In this document: positions 36,428 to 53,764 of the stretch, piece after piece | Numbering within the stretch: the first letter of the stretch is position 1 | How the letters are laid out: each line of letters starts with the position of its first letter | Source: the human T2T-CHM13v2.0 reference genome, Homo sapiens | Direction: 5' to 3' (one strand) | NCBI RefSeq assembly: GCF_009914755.1 | Contig: NC_060927.1 | Length of the DNA: 64,000 nucleotides | The notes under the pieces: model-generated | Told to the model about the DNA's origin: nothing | Databases searched by the model: none | Seen by the model: only the letters and a program-made list of their open reading frames with translations | Position numbers and translations under genes: made by a program

Positions 36428-37323
36428 TTAAATAAATACTCAGAAGTAGATGGCTGATTATATGTTATATTTTTCACTTTTTGAAGAACCTCCATGCTGT
36501 TTTCCACAGTGGCTGTACCATTTTACATTTCCACCAACAGTGAACAAGTGTTCCAATTTTACCACATCCTCACTAACACCTCTTATCTTTTGTCTTTTTG
36601 GTAACAGTCATTTCAACAGGAGTGAGGTGATACCTCATTGTGGTTTTGATTTATATTTTCCTGATGATTAGTGGAATTGAACATTTTTTAATATACCTAT
36701 TGGCCATCTGTATGTCTTTATTTGGAGAAATGTATATTCAAATCCTTAGTCCATTTTAAAATCAGGTGTTAGTTTTTTTGCTGTTGAGTTGTGGGAGTTC
36801 TTTATTTCAGAAATTTTATCCAATAGAATTGACATCAGGATCTCAAAGAAATATTTGCACTCCTATGTTCATTGCAGCACTATTCATAATAGCCAAGATG
36901 TGGAAACAATTTAAATGTTCATCAATAGATGAATGGATAAGAAAATGTGGTGTATATACACAATAGAATATTATTCAGCTTTAAAACAGAAGGAAATCCT
37001 GAATATGTGACAACATAGATGAAACTTAAGGACATTATGCTAAGTAAAATAAGCCAGCCACAGAAGGACAAATATTGCATGATTCCACTTACAGGAAAAA
37101 CCTAAAATAGTCAAATTTATAGAAGCAGAAGGAGGGGAAGAGAAAACAGGGAGTTGCTAAAGTTTCAGTTATGTGAGATGAATAAGTTCTAGAAAGCTGC
37201 TGTACAACATTGTGCCTATAGTTGACAATATGGTATTGCATACTTAAAAATCTGTTAAGAGGGTAGCTCTCATGTTAAATGTTCTTACTACAGTAAAATA
37301 AAAATTAAATTTAAATGTAAAAA
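36428..37323 (+). mobile_element. 5'-inverted (twin-primed) L1MA 3' fragment
   Basis: Antisense L1 ORF2-end segment 36428-~36804, then a sense L1 3'UTR to the A-tail; TSD AAGATCAACTTT at 36416-36427 and 37324-37335. Confidence 0.85.
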
Positions 37324-38379
37324 AAGATCAACTTTCTGACTTGCTGTCAGGAAGTAAGTACCGTAGACTGATCCACCATCTTCCACCCTAACATTTAAGA
37401 CCCCTGGGAGTCAGGTCTCTTAGTGATTAGTGGTTAAACAAAGACCAACCATCATTGGTATCTGCAGACTTCAGTCTGGCTTTGTAACTTTGGCTGCACC
37501 ATAGAGACACTTATTAGTTTTAAGGTTAATTCCCCAGGATAGTGAAAACTGTCATCCCTAAAGTCAGATGTTTTTGAAGGCAGATAATAATAGTAAGTGA
37601 ATGTATTAAATTGATAAAAGCAAAAAAAATGTATTGAGGTCTTTTGACTTTAAAATTGGCCATGGGAACCAAGGACTGCAAAGAATTTCTTTGTTAAGAG
37701 GCTGGTTTTTCTACTTTGGTGAAGTTGGAGTTGGTTGCTTTGAGTGCTCCAGAATGAACAAACCTCTCTGGTCTAGAAGAGAAGCATACTCCTCTACAAA
37801 AGCCTATTTTCCCCAGCTTGGACTGCATCATTCAACATACAATATCGAATAGACTGTAAATAAGCCTAAATTTCAAATGATTGCAATCTTAACCCTGTTA
37901 TTAGTGTTTCTGTCTCTCTTCTCTTCACTACCAAGGTTTCAAAAAGTATAGTCTACTTTTACATTATCTGCCTCCTTACTTAGTCCTTATCCTTCAAGCT
38001 ATTGTATTAAACTGCAGGGAGACAGAGATCTCCCCACCCTAGGTAGAAAGAGGATAATTTAGTATAAAAGTGGATTGAAGTAGATTTATTTGTCTGCAGA
38101 AACCGCCATGGAAAGCTGTAAGAAGCCACCTTCAGTCTTCCCAACTTGACTTTGGCCTTGAACCTCCTGTGGCTCTGGCAGGATGAAGCATGGACCCTGG
38201 GGGATGTGCAATAGGGTAAAATAGAAAAGACAAAAAGACAAAGATGGGGAAAGGAATTCCCAGGTGCCCATCTGGGGATAGCTCTATATTAGCTGAAATG
38301 CAATGAGCTGTTACTATGAAATGCTTTTCATTATCTTCTGCAAAGAGTGCGACTGCCAAGTATTATTTCTGAGTGCTTA

Positions 38380-38515
38380 CATACATCTTTTCATTTCATC
38401 CTCACAACCACCCTATGAAAGGGATACTATTATTCTTTTGATTTTACAAGTGAGGAAAGTAAGGCTCAGAAAGGTCAATGAGTTTGTCCAAGGTCACATG
38501 GCTAGTAAATATTGA
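38380..38515 (-). mobile_element. MIR
   Basis: ttttacaagtgaggaaagtaaggctcagaaagg...gtccaaggtcacatggctagtaa. Confidence 0.75.
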
Positions 38516-38652
38516 GGAATGATATTAATGTATCCCTATTAGTGAGATTGTTAGTTTTCATAATGGGTTTACACTTAAAGGCCTTTCTAGATTCCAGAGG
38601 TGTAACCACAGAATAACTTCTTGCAGTTGCCCTGCCTCACTTAGGATATTTA

Positions 38653-39279
<627 letters not shown>

Positions 39280-39439
39280 TCACTAAGGAATTGTTTAAAT
39301 AAGTTAAGTAAATGGTATATTACTATTTGTGTTTGAAAAATATGGGGGGTGTAGAAATAATAAAGGTATTTACTGGTACATGCATAGATTATCATTTTTT
39401 AACATTTTTTATTTAGAAAATATATATATATATAATCAC

Positions 39440-40104
39440 ATAAGTAGAGACAGGGTCTCGCTATGTTGCCCAGGGTGGTCTTGAGTTCCTGGGTTCAAAT
39501 GCCCTTCCGCCTCAGCCTCCCAAAGTGTTAGGATTACAGGCGTCAGCCACCACGCCCAGCTGATCTTTGAAAAGATATAAATGATGATATCGCCTACAGG
39601 GAAGGGAAATGTATGGCTGGGACACGGGTGGGAAGGAAACTCTTTATAAATACCATTTCAAGATTCTAAAAATTGAACTATTCATTACTTTAAAAGTAGA
39701 TAAAATAAAAACAAATCAGTGTGTCTGGTAGCACAAACCTTGACTCTCCTCTTCTCAGTCTATGTGATCCTTCTGATAGGTCTGTCTCATATCTCATTAT
39801 TCTTTTTTTTTTTTTCCTTTTTGAGACAGTGTCTCACTCTGTCACCCAGGCTGGAGTGCCATGGGGCGATCCTGGCTCACTGCAGGCCCAACCTCCTGGG
39901 GTCAAGAAATCCTCCCACCTCAGCCACTCGAGTAGCTGGGACTATAGTTGTGTGCTATCACACCCAGCTAATTTTTGTATTTTTTGTAGAGACGGGGTTT
40001 CACCATGTTGCTCAGGCTGCTTTCGAACTCCTGGGCTCGAGCAATCCTCCCACCTCTGCCTTTCAAATTGTTGGGATTACAGGTGTGCTCCACTGTACCC
40101 AGCC
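39440..40104 (-). mobile_element. FLAM-like monomer (39440-39561) and AluJ (39800-40104)
   Basis: Alu motifs. Confidence 0.88.
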
Positions 40105-41269
40105 TTCTTTCTTTTTTTATTCCCACCTACATTCTGATGGTGTCACCTTTCCAACTTCAGTTCAGATCTCTGCTTAAAAGACATTTTCCACTGATGGTCC
40201 CTTGAGCTCCACAAAATTAATATATTCAAATTTTAATTTATCATTTGCTCCCATCCCTATCTGTTTCATCATTTGTAGCCACTAATATACTTGAAATGTA
40301 ATCATCTCCTCCATCAATTTACTGTTTCGCTATTCCCATATCCCCTTTTAGAGGACATGCTCTCTTATAATCCTGGGAGGAATTGCCTTACAAACCACTA
40401 ATTTAGCTGTTCAACCAGAACTCTCAGGACAAAGAATGGGCACCTGATCGAAGATGGACTATTTAGAGTCTCTCTCCCGAGAGTTTGGAACTGAAACATA
40501 GAAGACCTGAGTTAGTCTCTGCTGGGTCCAAGAAAGCTGGGGCTGGGATAACTATAAGATCACCACGCCCAACAGAGAAAACCAGTCTGGAGAAAATGAG
40601 GCTGATGTGCTGAGAGAAGCAGAAATGACAGACCATATGCCATCACCCAGAACAGGTAGAATCCAGTTCCCTAGGGTTCAGTCTACTCTGGCTGAGGCCC
40701 AGTGAAACTTCTTGCTCTGGGCTCTGAGAGATACTCCTGTATCCTTCCTTAGCTAGCTTGATTAGGTTTCTGGTCACTGCAACCAAAACCTTCTTCAGGC
40801 TCTTCTCCTGGTAAATAGAGCCCTGGAAATCCAAGCCCAACATTTTGGAATCATTTTGTAATCCTCCCCTTTTACCACCAGTCATCACTAAGTCCAGATG
40901 ATATTGCTTCTTGATTCATCAATTCCTCCTCATTAAAGTTCTCATTACTTCTCATGGACTTAACTGATCATTTTTCTTCACTCTCACTTCCTCTAGTACA
41001 TACTCAACATCATTAGCAGAGTAGACGTTATCATTTTAAATTCCAGTTTGTAAATTTACTTCAAACTAAATGGCATATGTAATATAACATATGGTATTTG
41101 TTATATCATGGGACAAAATCAACTTGGGGTACATTTAAATGTTAAAATTATAGTGAATTTATTTGACAGACTGCTTAGTCCACAATGCAAAAAAATGCTA
41201 TTGTCACTTCTTGCTTAAAGATCTTTTTTTGATCTCATGTTCCCTACATGATAAGGCTAAGTTTCTTTG

Positions 41270-41960
41270 CATGTTGTTTCAATTACCATGCCTTCAGCCA
41301 CAAATAACAGAAAGCCCTATCTCAGATTGGCTTAAACAATAGGAAACATTTATTATCTCAAATAGCAAGAGGTTACCAAGTAGAGCACCTTTATGTTTGG
41401 CTGATGCAGTGCCCCACAATGACATAAATGACTCCAGTTTGTTCTATCTCTGCTCTACCATTCTTGGAGTATTCGAGCTTGGTTTTCAGGCTAGATCCAT
41501 TCATGGTCACAACATAGTAGCCCTATTTCCAGGCATCACATCTCAGACATCAACATCAGTGGAAGAAAAGAGACTGACTATTCCTTAGGTATCCTTTAAG
41601 AGTGAAGAAACCAGCTAGGGATGGTGGCCAGTAGCTGAAGTCCAAGGCTATAAGGAGGCTGAGGCTGGAGGATCCCTTGAGGCCAGGAGTTCAAGGCTAT
41701 GGTCATACCAATGAATACCTATGAATAGCCACTGCACTCCAGCCTGGGCAATACATACAGCAAGACACCATCTCTCTCTATATATATATAAATAATAGAG
41801 TGAAGAAATCTTTCCCAAAGACCTCCTAGGCAACTTTTCTCTATGTCTCATTGACTACACTGGGTTACACACACACACCTAAACCAATGCTAGGAAATGA
41901 AATAGATTATTATGATTGGTGTAGACTATCAGGATTTACCCCTGAGCTAGGAATAGGGTC
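41270..41960 (-). mobile_element. Old MLT1 LTR with an internal FAM/FLAM-like Alu monomer (~41610-41780)
   Basis: aataacagaaag...ggcttaaacaatagg...; Alu monomer ggaggctgaggctggaggatcccttgaggccaggagttcaagg. Confidence 0.55.
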
Positions 41961-44312
41961 ATATTCCCTGAGGGATAGATAAATACTAAGCAGGCACTAA
42001 AAAGAGGCTGCCATGCATAGCATACAAGACAGCATAATCTAGCCCCTTCTCCATTCTCCTGGGGTCTCTTCTCTCATTGCTATCCACCCCGCTTCTGAAC
42101 TATGGGAGTTCTGAGTACATCTGTTGCACATTTTATGGCTTTGCAAATGCTGTGTGTAGCTCTACAATGCCTTTCTTTGCTTTACCTATATACTCTGTCG
42201 TCCAACTACCTCACCCTAAGGTCAGTTACCTTTTGCCCTCAGGAATATGTTTGAAGGAGCCACAGACTGCAGGAACTGAAAATAAGCATTACTTTTATTG
42301 TTGCCTCTAGGCCCCAGGTTCACTACTGACAGTCTCCCCCAGGCCTTCCCTCTCATTGAGTTCTACCAGCAGCAATTATCTTACCCATATTACCTTTTAC
42401 CTACTGCAATTTTAGAGCTTACCTACTTCAACTGCAATTTTAGAGCCTGGGTTCCCCTAGCAACTTGCCCCGCGTGCTTATCTGTAAGATAGCTGCATCA
42501 TAGCCTCTAGAACTAACTGGAACTCACTACTGAGTTGCTCTCCTGGTGAATCCTGCCCTGACTCTGATCATTTCTTCATCCTGTAGCCAGAGCAATCTCT
42601 CATTTCTTCTTTAATAATGTTTTTAGTTTAAATCTATTTGAAAAGAGATGGCATGCCTGACATTCAACCTGTAATATTAGAGGCAAAAAGATTTTTTAAA
42701 AAGTGTACCATTAGGTATATCCAGACTTTTACAACCAATTACAGTAGCTAATAATATACCAGGTTCACATGTTAACTCATTTAATCCTTATAACAATCAT
42801 ATGAGAAAGGTACTATTTACTATCATTTCCATTTTGCAGATGATGATATTGAGTAATTCGCTCAAGATCACACAGCTAGGTAGTGCTGCTTTTAGGTGTG
42901 ACCCAGTACGTTCTCACCTATGGTGGCCATGGGAAAGACAGCTTCCGCTAGAAGAAAGGAGAGGGAAAAGTAAAAAGGACTTTGTCTTGCAATTTGGGTA
43001 CCAGCTCAGCCATGGTAAAATAAAGTACCACACAGACCCCTAAGGTCCCCAATTCCAGGCCTTAGCTCCTGGATGGCATTTGTAGATCTGCCCTAGGTCT
43101 GAAGGAAACCCACTGTCCTGAAGGGAGATACAAAGACCTGACAGGATTCACCTGCTTACTAAAGGGTCCTTGTGCCTTGAATAAACATCAGCAGTAGCCA
43201 GGCAGTTGTTGCCATGGACCTGGGGCTCATGGTGGTGGTGGACATGGGGAGAGACTTCTGCTTGAGGAAAAGAGAGACTTCTGCTTGAGGAAAGGAGAGG
43301 GAAGAATAAAAAGGTCATTTTCTTGCAATGTGGGTACCAGCTTAGCCACAGTAAAATAAAGTACTAAATAGATTCCTAAAGTTCCCAATTCCAGGTCCTA
43401 GCTTCCAGACAGCATATCTAGACCCACCCTGGGCCAGAAGGGAACCCACTGCCCTGAAGGGAAAGACGCAAGCCTGGCAGGATTCATCACCTCTTGACTA
43501 ATGAGCCCTTAGGCCTTGAGTAAACATAAGCAATAGCCAGGCAATAATTGACACAGGCCTTGGGCGAGACCCAGTACTTTACTGGCTTTAGGTGTGATCC
43601 AGCACAGTCCCAGCAATGGTGGCCACAAGAGTGCTTGTGTCACCCCTCCCCCAACTCCAGGCAGCTCAGAATGGAGAGAGAGATTCTATTTGAGGGAAAG
43701 TAGGGAAGAGAATAGAAGACTGCCTGGTAATCCAGGGAATCCTCCCAGTTCTTATCTAAGACTACCAAGGCAGTACTTCTACAAGTCTGCAAGAGTCATG
43801 GCATTACTGGGATTGGGGTGCCTCCTAATGCATATATGGCTTCAGTGACCAAAGACTTAGATCACAACACTCAATTTCCTTTGAGTACTTGGAAAACATT
43901 CTCGAGAAATGTGAGTGCAAACAAGCCCACATTGTGAAGATTAGAATAAATACCTAACTCCTCAGTACCCAGACATTGATGAATATTCACAAGCATCAAG
44001 ACCATCCAGAAAAACAGGACCTCACCAAATGAACTAAATAAGAAACCAGTAACCAATCCCAGAGTGACCGAGACATGCGACCTTTTAGAGACAGAATTCA
44101 AAATAGCTGTTTTGAGGAAGCTCAATGAACTTCAAGGTAACACAGAAAAGGAATTCAAAATCCTATTAGATAAGTTTAACAGAAATTGAAATAAATTTTA
44201 AAAATCAAGGAGAAATTCTGGAGCTGAAAAATTCAGTTGAGAAACTGAAGAATGCATCAGAGTCTCTCTACAGCAGAATGGCTTAAACAGAAGAAAGTAT
44301 TAGTGAGCTTCA

Positions 44313-44852
<540 letters not shown>

Positions 44853-46975
44853 TTATCTTAGAAAACTATATCCTGTGGAAATATCCTTCAAACATGAAGG
44901 AGAAATAAAGACTTTCCCAGATAAATGAAAGCTGAGGGATTTTGTCAATAACAGATCTGTCCTATAAGAAATGCTAAAGGGAATTAATGAGCAATAAGAA
45001 ATCATCTGAACATACAAAACTCACTGGTAATAGTGAGTACACAGACAAATACAGAATACTATAACACTACAATTGTGGTGTATAAACTACTCATATCTTG
45101 AGTAGGAATACTAAAGAGATGAACCTATCAAAAATAACAACTACAATAACTTTTAAGATATAGATAGTATAATAAGATAGAAACAGAAACCACAAGGAGT
45201 TAAAAGTAAGAGGCAGGGACGAAGTAAAAGTATAGTTTTTATTAGTTTTCCCTTGGCTTGTTAGTTTCTTTGTTTTTGCAATCAGAGTTAAGTTACCAGT
45301 TTTAAATAACGGGTTATAAGACATTATTTGCAAGCCTCATGGTAACCTTGAATTAAAAAACCCACAACAGATATGCAAAAAATAAAAAGCAAGAAATTAA
45401 AACATACTACCAGAGAAAATCATTTTCACAAAAAGGAAGACAGAAAAGAAGGAAGGAAGGGAGATAAAACCAAAAAACAACAAACTGGCAGGAGTAAGTC
45501 CCCACTTACCAACGATAACATTGACTGTAAATGAACTAAACTCTCCAATCAAAAGACATAGAGTGGCTGAATGGATATAAAAACAAGACCCAATTATCTG
45601 TTACCTACACAAAACACACTTTACCTATAAAGACACACATAGACTAAAAATAAAGGGATGGAAAAAGACATTCCATGAAAATGGAAATGAAAAAAAGCAG
45701 GAGTAGCTATACTTAGACAAAATAGATTTCAAGTCAAAAACTATAAAAATAGGCAAAGAAGGTCATTATATAATGATAAAGGCATCAATTCAGCAAGATA
45801 ATACAACAATTATAAATATATACATGCACTCAACAATGGAGCATCCAGATATATAAAGCAAATATTATTAGAGCTAAAGATAGAGATAGATCCTAATATA
45901 ATAATAGCTAGAGACTTTAGCACCCTGCTTTTAGCATTGCACAGATCATCCAGACAGCAAATCAACAAAGAAACATCAGACTTAATCTGCACTATACACC
46001 AAATGGACCTAGTAGATGTTTACAGAACATTTCATCCAATGGCTACAGAATTAACATTCTTCTCCTCAAGACATGGATCATTCTCAAGAACAGACCATTT
46101 ATTAGGCTATGAAAACACTGCAATCATTTTAAGTATTTTCTCTGTTCACAATGGAATAAAACGAGAAATCAATAACATAAGGAACTTTGAAAACTATATA
46201 AACACATGGAAATTAAACAATGCTCCTGAATGACCAGTGAATCAATGAAGAAATCAAGAAACAACTTTAAAGATTTCTTGAAATTCTGGCATGGCATTGA
46301 TTGAGAAAAAATTTAAAATTTAAAAATTTTTTTTTAAAAGAAAAAATTTCTTGAAACAAATAAAAATAAAAACACAACATACCAAAACCTATGGGATACA
46401 GCAAAAGCAGTAGTAAGAGGAAAGTTTATAGCAATAAATGCCTACATCAAGAAAGAGGAAAAACTTCAAATAAACAACTTAATGATGCATCTTAAAAAAC
46501 CAGAAAGGCAAGAGCAAACCAAACCCAAAATTAGTAGAATAAATAATAAAGATCAGAGCAGAAATAAACAAAAATGAAATTTAAAAAACAATACAAAGGA
46601 ACAATAAAATGAAAATTTCTTTTTTTTTTGAAAAGATAAAATCAACAAACCTTTAGCCAGACTAGGAAAAAAAGAAAGAAGACTCAGATAAATAAAATCA
46701 GAGATGAAAAAGGAGACATTATAACTGATACCACAGAAGTTCAAAAGATCATTAGAGACTACTATGAGCAACTATATGCCAATAAATTGGAAAACCTAGA
46801 AGAAATGAATAAATTCCTAGAAACACACAACCTACCAAGATGGAACCACAAAGAGATTCAAAACCTGAAGAGACCAAAACAATGAGATCAAAGCTATAAT
46901 AAAAAGTATGCCAGCAAAAAAAAACCTGGGACTCTATGGCTTCGCTGCTAATTTTTACAAAACATTTAAAAAGAA

Positions 46976-47285
<310 letters not shown>

Positions 47286-47356
47286 CTAATACTAATGCTA
47301 CTCACACTATTCCAAAAAATAGAGGAGGAGTGAATTCTTCCAAACTCATTCTATGA

Positions 47357-47512
<156 letters not shown>

Positions 47513-47732
47513 TGAATTCAACAACACATTAAAAAATAATTCACCATGACCAAGTGGAATTTATCTCAAGGATGCAAGAATGATTCAACATATGCAAATC
47601 AAAGAATGTGATACATCATATCAACAGAAGATAAAAACCATCTGATCATTTCAATTAATCTTGAAATACTATTTGATAAAATTCAATATCCCTTCATGAT
47701 GAAAACCCTCAACAAACTGGGTAATGTGTTGA

Positions 47733-48180
<448 letters not shown>

Positions 48181-49357
48181 CCACTTTCACCACTGTTATT
48201 CAACATACTACTGGAAGTTCTAGCTAGAGCAATCATAAAAGAGAAAAACATAAAGGGCATACAAATTGGAAAAGAAGAAGTCAAATTATCCTTGTTTGCA
48301 GATGATATGATCTTATATTTGGAAAAACCTAAAGACTCCCCCAAAAAACAATTAGAACTAATAAACAAATTTCATAAAGTTGCAGGATACAAAGCCAACA
48401 TACAAAAATCAGTAGCATTTCTATATGCCAACAGCAAACAATCTGAAAAAGAAATCAAGATAATATCCCATGTACAATAACTATAAATAAAATTAGATAC
48501 CTGGAAATAAGCTTAACGAAAGAAGTGGTGATCTATACCATGACAACTATAAAACATTGATGAAAAAAGTTGAAAAGGACACAAATAAATGGAAATATAT
48601 TCCATGTTCATGGATTGGAAGAATCAGTATTGTTAATATGCCTACACTACGCAAAGCAATCTACAGATTTAATGAAAGCTTTATCAAAATACCAATGACA
48701 TTCTTCACATAAACAGAAAAAAAAATCCTAAAATGTATATGGAACCACCAAAGACCTAGAATAGTCATAGCCATTTTGAGCAAAAAGAACAAAACTGGAG
48801 GAATCACATTACTTGACTTCAAATTATATCACAGAGCTATAGTAACTGAAACAGCAAGGTACTGGCATAAAACAGAAACACAGACCAATGGGACAGAATA
48901 GAGAACCCAGAATAGAGAACCCAGAAATCAATCTATACATCTACAGTGAATTCATTTTCAACAAAGGTACCAAGAACATACACTGGGGAAAGGACAGTCT
49001 CTTCAACAAATAATGATGGGAAAACTGGATATCCATCTGTGGAATAATAAAACTAGATTACTATCTCTTGATATACAAAATATCTTGTATTTTGTATATC
49101 TTGATATATAAAAATCAAATATAAATGGATTAAAGACTTAAATATAAGACCTGAAACTATAAAACAACTAAAAGAAAACATAGGAGAAACTCTCCAGAAC
49201 ATTGGTCTGGGCCAAGCAACCAAAGCAAAAATGGACAAATTGAATCAAATCAAGTTAAAAAGCTTTTGGACAGCAAAGGATATTATCAATGAAGTGAAAA
49301 GACAAAGCGAAGTGGGAGAAAATATTTGCACACCATCCATCTAACAAGGGATTAATA

Positions 49358-49713
<356 letters not shown>

Positions 49714-50723
49714 TCAATGGGGAAAAATAAAATAATAATCCAATTGAAATGGGCAAAATATCTAAACAGACATTTCTCAAAAGAAGACATACAAATGGCA
49801 AGCAGGTGCCTGAAAAGGTGTTCAACATTATTGATCATCAGAGAAATGCAAACCAAAACAAAATGGGATATCATCTGACCCCAGTTAAAGTGGCTTGTAT
49901 CCAAAAGACAGGCAATAATGCAAGGATGCAGAGAAACGAGAACCCTCATACACTGTTGGTGAGAATGTAAATTAATACAGCAATTATGCAGAACAGTATG
50001 GTGGTGTCTCAAAAAACTAAAAAACTACCATATGATCCAGCAATCCCACTGCTAGGTATACACGCAAAATAAAGAAAATCATTATATCGAAGAGATGTCT
50101 GCACTCCATGTTCACTGCAGCACTATTCATAATAGCCAAGATTTGGAATCAACCTAAGTGTTCATCAGTAGATGAATGGATAGAGAAAATATGGTACACA
50201 TACACAATAGAGTACTGTTCAGCCATAAAAAGAATAAGATCCTGTCATTTGCAACACAGATGGAATTGGAACACATTATGGTAAGTGAAGTAAGCCAGGC
50301 ACAGAAGGACAAACTTTGCATGTTCTCAATCATTTGTGAAAGGTAAAAATTAAAACACTTGAATGCATGGAGATAGAGTGTAGAATGATGATTACCAGAG
50401 GCTGGGAAAGATAGTGAAGGTGGATGCAAGTGGGGATGGTTAATACATACAAAAATATAGGTAGATAGAAAGAATAAGATCTAGTATTTGACAGCACAAC
50501 AGGGTGACTACAGCCAACAATAATTTATTGTACATTTTAAAATAAGAATATAATCTGAATGTTTATATCACAGAGAAATGATAAAAGCTTGAGGTGATGA
50601 TACCCCATTTACCCTGATGGGATTATTGTTCATTGTATGCCTGTATGAAAATATTTCACCCACTTCATAAATATATGTACCTACTATGTACTCATAAAAA
50701 TTAAAAATAAAAAAATTATTAAA

Positions 50724-52320
<1,597 letters not shown>

Positions 52321-53398
52321 GCACATGATAGATGTTTTAGTTTATTTTTATATTGCTATAAAGGAATACCTAAGGCTGGGGAATTTATAAATAAAAGAGG
52401 TTTAATTGGCTCACAATTCAACAGGCTGTACAAGCATGGCACCAACATCTGCTCAGCTTCTGGTGAGGGCCTCAGGAAGCTTATAATCATAGCAGAAGGT
52501 AAGTGGGAGCAGGCATGTCATGTGGCAAGAGTGGGAGCAAGAGAGAGGGGAAAGGTGCCACAGTCTTTTAAACAAACAGATCTCATGTAAAATACCAGAG
52601 TGAGAACTCACTCATCACCCAGGGGATGATGCTAAGCCATTCACGAGGGATCATGACAACTATAAAACATTGATGAAAAAAATTGAAAAGGACACAAATA
52701 AATGGAAATATATTCCATGTTCATGGACTGGAAGAATCAATATTGTTAATATGTCCACACTACCCAAAGCCCCATGATCCAACCTCCTCCCACCAGGTCC
52801 CACCACCAACACCGGAGATTACATTACAACATAAGATTTGGAAGGGACAAACATCCAAACTATACTATTCTGCCACTGCACCCCCAAATCTCATGTCCTT
52901 CTCACATTTCAAAATACAATCATGCCTTTGTAATAGTCCCCTAAAGTCTTAACTTGTTCCAGCCTTAACTCAAAAGTCCAAAAGTCCAAAGTCTCATCTG
53001 AAACTCAAGGCCAAGTTCCTTCTATCTATAAACCTGTAAAATAAAAAAACAAGTTATTGAATTCAAAGATACAGTGGTAGTACAGGCATTGGGTAAACAT
53101 TCCTATTCCAAAAGGGAGGAGTTGGCCAAAGGAAAGGGGTAATAGGCCCATGCAGGTCTGGAACCCAGGAGGGCAGGCATTAAATCTTAAAGTTCCAACA
53201 TAATCCTTGATTCCAAGTCCTGCATCCTGATGTGAAGGATAGGCTTCCAAGGCCTTGAGCAGCCTTGCCCACATGGCTTTGCAGGATGCAGCCCATGTGA
53301 TTGCTCTCACAGGTTGGAGTTGAGTACTTGCATGTTTTCCAGGAAGAAGGTGCAAGCTGCCAGTGAATCTATCATTCTGGAATATGGAGGATGGTGGG

Positions 53399-53764
53399 TG
53401 ATGTGGTTTGGCTCTGTGTCCCCACCCAAATCTCATCTTGAATTGTAATAATCCCCATGTGTCAAGGGCAGGCCTAGGTGAAGATAATTGAATCATGAGG
53501 GCAGTTCCCCCCATACTGTTCTCGTGATAGTGAGTGAGTTCTCACGAGATCTGATAGTTTTCTAAGGGGCTTCCTCCTTCACTTGGTTTTCACTTCTCTC
53601 ACCTGCCACCATGTAAGACGTGCCTGTTTCACTTCTGCCATGATTGTAAGTTTCCTGAGGACTCCCCAGCCATGTTGAACTGTGAGTCAATTAAACCTCT
53701 TTCCTTTATAAATTACCCATTTTCAGGCATGTCTTTATTAGCAGTGTGAGAACAGACTAATACA
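53399..53764 (+). mobile_element. THE1 (C/D-like) solo LTR nested in MST-int
   Basis: TG...CA termini (tgatgtggtttggctctgtgtcc ... gactaataca) and a 5-bp TSD GTGGG at 53394-53398 and 53765-53769. Confidence 0.9.

Noticed and set aside
38085-38220. Possible plus-strand cryptic exon (tgtctgcag| ... tagg|gtaaaa)
   Set aside because: Weak donor, no recognisable coding content and no supporting context.
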